Shown piece after piece: positions 59,625 to 64,000 of a DNA stretch of 64,000 bases. Every line of letters starts with the position of its first letter. Position 1 is the stretch's first letter. The notes below the pieces were generated by a model that made no database searches, was not told where the DNA came from, and saw only the letters and a list, made by a program, of their open reading frames with translations. This stretch comes from an uncultured Clostridia bacterium (GTDB lineage Bacteria > Bacillota > Clostridia > TANB77 > CAG-508), in assembly GCA_944387495.1 (NCBI GenBank), contig CALXFD010000004.1, forward strand, positions 6,798 to 70,797, read 5' to 3'. The position numbers were made by a program, and so were the translations under genes.

Positions 59625-62600
59625 ATGAAACAAAAAACAGAAAATCTTATTCCAAAAATGAAAAATGAAAAAGGTGCAATAACATTATTTGTGTTATTAG
59701 CCATCTTATTTTTCCTAATTGTAGCACTAAGTGTATACACGACTACAAAGAACAAAGAGATGGTTCAAAGTCAGCAGGCTGAGCAAATTAGGGAAAACTA
59801 TGAAAAAGATATAAATAATATAGATGAGATATATGATGAAGAATTTGAGGAAGAATACGGAGATTTCGCTGTTAATTTCATCAAAAAAGATACAATAAAT
59901 GATGAGGAAAAAGAATATTATGATATAAACACATGGACAAATGAAGATGTTGTTTTAGAAATAATATTGAGAGATGAAACACTAGGACAATATACTCAAA
60001 TTACAGTTATAAATGACGATGATGGATTTACAAAAATATACACATATGAACAAGCTAAAAATAATGAAATAGTCATAGGAGAAAACTGTAAAGTTATAGT
60101 AAATTCTAAAAACAAAGAAAAAGAATATAAACTATCTAAATTTGATAAAGAGATTCCATTAGTTTCATATAAAGCATTCTATCAAGACGGAAATGAACCA
60201 TATACATCTGGAACATGGACAAATAAGCAAGTATATACAAAAATTATAGCAACAGAAAATATATCTGGAATACAAAAAATAGAATATTCAAGAGATAAAC
60301 AAAGCTGGACACAATTACAATTAGGATATAGTGGAGGAATAAAACAAGAGAATTCAAATACTTACTATGGTAGTGAAATATGGTCAATAAGAGAAGAAAG
60401 AATAGAAGATGTATATTTTAGAGTATTAGATTTAGCAGGGAACTATTCAGAACCTTCTAATGTATTCCAAATAAGATATGATACAGTAGCACCAACAACA
60501 CCAGAAATTACAAATAAAAAAGAAGGACAATGGGTAAGTACAACTATTGAAATTTCTGCAAAAAGTACAGATAAAACATCAAAAATAGCAAAAATACAAT
60601 ATAGTTATGATGACAAAACATGGAAAGAAGATTGGGGAAACGATTTAGTATTAAATGGAACAGAAGCTAGTATACAAGGGGTATTAAAAACAAATCCTTC
60701 AAATAAAATATATGTAAGAGCAATAGATAATGCTGGTAATATAAGCAAGTCAGGAATAACAACATATAAAAGAGATGTTATACTACCAACAGTATCATTA
60801 AGCCCTAATGGTGGAGCATATACAATGCCAACAAAAGGAGATGCAACAATTAAAACCACATTAAATGCAGCAGATACAGGAGGAAGTGGTTTAAGTAGTT
60901 TGGAATATGCGTGGTCAACATCAAAAACAACAGAACCAACAAAATGGACAAAATTTACAAATGGTTCAACAGTAAGTAAAACAGATGTTAAAGAAGCAGG
61001 TATATGGTATTTATGGACAAAGGTAACCGATGTTGCAGGTAACAGAGCAGAAGAAATAAAAATATCTAATGCGTTTGTTGTACATTCAAATACAGATGTA
61101 AATTCATTAATAACAATTACACCAAGTACAACAGCATGGACAAATAAAGATGTTATAGGAACAGTAACTTATGGAAGCACATTGACAAATAATAAAAAAG
61201 CAGGATATGGAACAACATTAGAAACAGCTCAAAGTTCTGCAAGTACAAGTACTGCATATGAAGTAAAAGCAACACAAAATGGATATTTCTATGCAGAAGC
61301 AACAGATATTGCAGGAAATAAAGTAACAAAGAGCTTACAAATTTCTAATATAGATAAAACAGACCCAACTATAAATGCATATAGTGGTGCAATATTATAT
61401 ACAGACCCAACATTTAAATCAGGCGTAAATAGTACATATGTATATAATAATTCTGGAAATGGAACAGTAACAGTTACAAGAAAAGCAATGAGTGACAACC
61501 CAGAAGGTTCTGGCTATGGACTAGAAATAAAAACAACAGGTAAAGCATCACCAGGACATGGTGGATTCTCATTTAGAACACAAAGTGCGGCAAATAAAGA
61601 ATTTGTAACAAGAATAGTAGCAAAAATACCAAAAGGATATACATTAAACTGGGTAACAAATGAAGTTGGAACAGGAAGAGTAACAGAATGGTTAACATCA
61701 CAAGCAGGTACAGGAGCATGGCAAGAATATGTATTTAGAGTAAAATGTGGTGCATCAGGAACATTTAGTACAACAAACTACTTCTATTTAACAGGTGGAA
61801 GTACAGCCACAACATCAAATCCTGTAACATGGCAAGTAGGTTATGCAACAGTTATAGATGTAACAAAATGGTCAACATCTAAAAACATAATTTCAGCAGG
61901 AAAAGATTCACAATCTGGAATAGTAGCATATGGAATAAACCAAAGCTCAACAACACAGCCTACATGGACAACAGTAACAGCAACAGCTAACTTAGGAAAA
62001 ATATCAAGTGCCTATACAGCAACAGGAACATATTATGTATGGATGAAAGATAGAGCAGGAAATGTTGCAAACAAAGCAGTTACTATTGTAAATATAGATA
62101 GAACAGCACCAACAATAAATGCATATGCAGGTGCGAGCCTATATTCAGACCCAAGCTTTAAATCAGGATTAAATAGTATAAAAGTATATAATAATTCTGG
62201 AAATGGAACAGTAACACATACAAGAAAAGCCATGAGTGATAACCCAGAAGGTTCTGGTTATGGTGTAGAAATAAAAACAACAGGTAAAGCATCACCAGGG
62301 CATGGTGGATTCTATTTCGCAACAACAGCATCAGCAAATAAAGAATTTATAACAAGAATAGTTGCAAAAATACCAACGGGATATACTATTAATTGGGCTA
62401 CAAATGCAACTGGAACAGGTTCAACAAATGGATGGTTAACATCACAAGCAGGAACTGGTAAATGGCAAGAATATATATTTAGAGTAAAATGTGGTTCAAG
62501 TGGTTCATTTAATAATACAAACTTCTTCTATCTAACAGGAGGAAGTACAGCTACAACATCAGCACCAGTAACATGGCAATTAGGATATGCACAAGTTATA

Positions 62601-64000
62601 GATGTAACAAAATGGTCAACAAGTAAGAATATAATGTTTGCAGGTCAAGATTCACAATCTGGAATAGTAGCATATGGAATAAACCAAAGCTCAACAACAC
62701 AGCCTACATGGACAAGTGTAACAACAACTGCAAACTTAGGAAAAATAACAGGAGCTTATACAGCAACAGGAACATATTATGTATGGATGAAAGATGCAGT
62801 AGGAAACGTTTCAAAAAAGGCAGTTACAATAACTAATATAGATAGAGTATTACCAACAGTAACAATAAGTCCAAATGGAGGAACATTTACAAAACCAACA
62901 ACAGGAAATGCAGTATTGAAAGTAGGATTAAAAGCAGCAGATACAGGAGGAAGTGGACTAAATCTATTACAATATGCATGGTCTACATCAAATACAACTG
63001 AGCCAACATCTTGGACAACATTTACAAACAATTCTACAATAACGAAAAATGACATAACAAAAGCAGGAACATGGTATTTATGGACAAAAGTAACTGACGT
63101 TGCAGGAAATAGAGCATCAAGTGTAAAAGTTTCAAATGCATTTGTAATTGGAAATTACACAATAACAATCACAGCAAGTCCAACAGGATGGACAAATGGA
63201 AATGTAACAGGAACGATAACATATGCAAGCGTATTAAGCCAAAATAGAAAAGCAGGATATGGAACAAGCCTATCAGCAGCCCAAAGTTCAGCAACAGCTA
63301 CAACTGCAACTACATTAACAAAAACAGCAACAGCAAATGGATATTTCTATGCAGAAGCAACAGATACAATGGGAAATAAAGTAACAAAATCATTACAAGT
63401 TACAAATATAGATAAAAAAGCCCCAACAGTAAGTTTAAGTGTAAATGGAGGAACATTTGCAAAACCAACAAGTGGAAATGCAACATTAAAAGTAGCATTA
63501 ACAGCAGCAGATACAGGAGGAAGTGGATTAAATCTACTACAATATGCATGGTCAACATCAAAAACAACAGAGCCAACCTCAACAGCATGGAAGACATTTA
63601 CAAATGGAAACACAGTAACTTACTCTTGTAGAGCAGGAACATATTATCTATGGACAAAGGTAACAGACGTAGCAGGAAACAGAGCTACAAGTATTAAAAC
63701 TTCAAATGCATTTACAGTAGGAAATTACACAATAACAATAACACCAAGCCCAACAGGATGGACAAATGGAAATGTAACAGGAACAGTAGCATATGCAAGT
63801 GTATTAAGCCAAAATAGAAAAGCAGGATATGGAACAACATTAGCAAATGCCCAAAATGCAGCAAAAGCAAATGCAACAAGCTTAACAGCAACAGCAAATG
63901 GATATTTCTATGCAGAAGCAACAGACACAATGGGAAATAAAGTAACAGTATCAAGACAAGTAACAAATATAGATAAAAAAGCCCCAACAGTAAGTTTAAG
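59625..64000 (+). CDS. giant repetitive surface protein with pilin/PilX-like N-terminal hydrophobic segment (3' partial, >1458 codons)
   Basis: GAGGAG RBS; frame checked open at several points to nt 64000, and absent from the ORF track only because it has no stop; modular repeats; KGAITLFVLLAILFFLIVAL N-terminus. Confidence 0.75.
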   Translation, partial: MKQKTENLIPKMKNEKGAITLFVLLAILFFLIVALSVYTTTKNKEMVQSQQAEQIRENYEKDINNIDEIYDEEFEEEYGDFAVNFIKKDTINDEEKEYYDINTWTNEDVVLEIILRDETLGQYTQITVINDDDGFTKIYTYEQAKNNEIVIGENCKVIVNSKNKEKEYKLSKFDKEIPLVSYKAFYQDGNEPYTSGTWTNKQVYTKIIATENISGIQKIEYSRDKQSWTQLQLGYSGGIKQENSNTYYGSEIWSIREERIEDVYFRVLDLAGNYSEPSNVFQIRYDTVAPTTPEITNKKEGQWVSTTIEISAKSTDKTSKIAKIQYSYDDKTWKEDWGNDLVLNGTEASIQGVLKTNPSNKIYVRAIDNAGNISKSGITTYKRDVILPTVSLSPNGGAYTMPTKGDATIKTTLNAADTGGSGLSSLEYAWSTSKTTEPTKWTKFTNGSTVSKTDVKEAGIWYLWTKVTDVAGNRAEEIKISNAFVVHSNTDVNSLITITPSTTAWTNKDVIGTVTYGSTLTNNKKAGYGTTLETAQSSASTSTAYEVKATQNGYFYAEATDIAGNKVTKSLQISNIDKTDPTINAYSGAILYTDPTFKSGVNSTYVYNNSGNGTVTVTRKAMSDNPEGSGYGLEIKTTGKASPGHGGFSFRTQSAANKEFVTRIVAKIPKGYTLNWVTNEVGTGRVTEWLTSQAGTGAWQEYVFRVKCGASGTFSTTNYFYLTGGSTATTSNPVTWQVGYATVIDVTKWSTSKNIISAGKDSQSGIVAYGINQSSTTQPTWTTVTATANLGKISSAYTATGTYYVWMKDRAGNVANKAVTIVNIDRTAPTINAYAGASLYSDPSFKSGLNSIKVYNNSGNGTVTHTRKAMSDNPEGSGYGVEIKTTGKASPGHGGFYFATTASANKEFITRIVAKIPTGYTINWATNATGTGSTNGWLTSQAGTGKWQEYIFRVKCGSSGSFNNTNFFYLTGGSTATTSAPVTWQLGYAQVIDVTKWSTSKNIMFAGQDSQSGIVAYGINQSSTTQPTWTSVTTTANLGKITGAYTATGTYYVWMKDAVGNVSKKAVTITNIDRVLPTVTISPNGGTFTKPTTGNAVLKVGLKAADTGGSGLNLLQYAWSTSNTTEPTSWTTFTNNSTITKNDITKAGTWYLWTKVTDVAGNRASSVKVSNAFVIGNYTITITASPTGWTNGNVTGTITYASVLSQNRKAGYGTSLSAAQSSATATTATTLTKTATANGYFYAEATDTMGNKVTKSLQVTNIDKKAPTVSLSVNGGTFAKPTSGNATLKVALTAADTGGSGLNLLQYAWSTSKTTEPTSTAWKTFTNGNTVTYSCRAGTYYLWTKVTDVAGNRATSIKTSNAFTVGNYTITITPSPTGWTNGNVTGTVAYASVLSQNRKAGYGTTLANAQNAAKANATSLTATANGYFYAEATDTMGNKVTVSRQVTNIDKKAPTVSL

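Noticed and set aside
60605-63987. Minus-strand ORFs of 65-92 aa recurring with similar sequences
   Set aside because: They mirror the repeat modules of the giant plus-strand ORF. Their recurrence reflects DNA repeats, not genes.

Overview
Very AT-rich, Clostridia-like chromosomal segment; taxonomy is inferred only from gene content and composition. The core backbone runs as follows. 1-10.1 kb holds envelope and housekeeping genes: CvpA, an LCP ligase, a D-Ala-D-Ala carboxypeptidase, ComEA, a DtxR-family regulator with a two-gene SufC/SufBD-like Fe-S module, a serine hydrolase and desulfoferrodoxin. 38.7-41.6 kb holds comM-dprA-yraN. 51.3-58.6 kb holds rpoB-rpoC. From 59.6 kb to the window end there is a giant repetitive surface protein, whose frame is still open at nt 64000. 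Between these lies a large accessory content. (i) An intact initiator tRNA-Met (minus strand, 10767-10842) and an inverted 45-nt copy of its 3' half (14992-15036) bracket a 4.1-kb segment. That segment carries a fused N6-adenine methyltransferase/putative endonuclease, a GNAT and a YHYH/Big_2 surface protein. (ii) A ~20.7-kb integrase island (14992-35722) is bounded by a perfect 17-bp direct repeat of the tRNA anticodon-loop sequence. It has int, xis, a replisome organizer and DnaC-like replication module, and no virion or conjugation genes. Its cargo is a three-gene GHKL-ATPase/STAS-like/membrane-protein operon, a phase-variable type I R-M locus (hsdRMS plus recombinase plus an inverted silent hsdS cassette), two proteins sharing an RNxxSxAH (HEPN-like) motif, a PD-(D/E)xK protein and an HTH-Fic protein. 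(iii) An AbiL-like AAA-ATPase/RloB pair is inserted between ~116-bp direct duplications of the 3' end of a 5'-truncated adhesin gene. (iv) An MNT/HEPN toxin-antitoxin cassette is inserted between duplicated copies of a promoter and iteron region. Non-coding observations: a ~95-nt leader with pseudoknot potential is shared by the Fe-S operon and the methyltransferase. Two tandem segments flanked by 31-34-bp inverted repeats lie in the long 5' region of comM-dprA. Four 33-bp-periodic iterons lie upstream of a DUF4143-type ATPase. rpoC is split by a single extra base, and dprA lacks a canonical start codon. No CRISPR array or rRNA was seen. All family names come from motif recognition by eye; no database search was possible.
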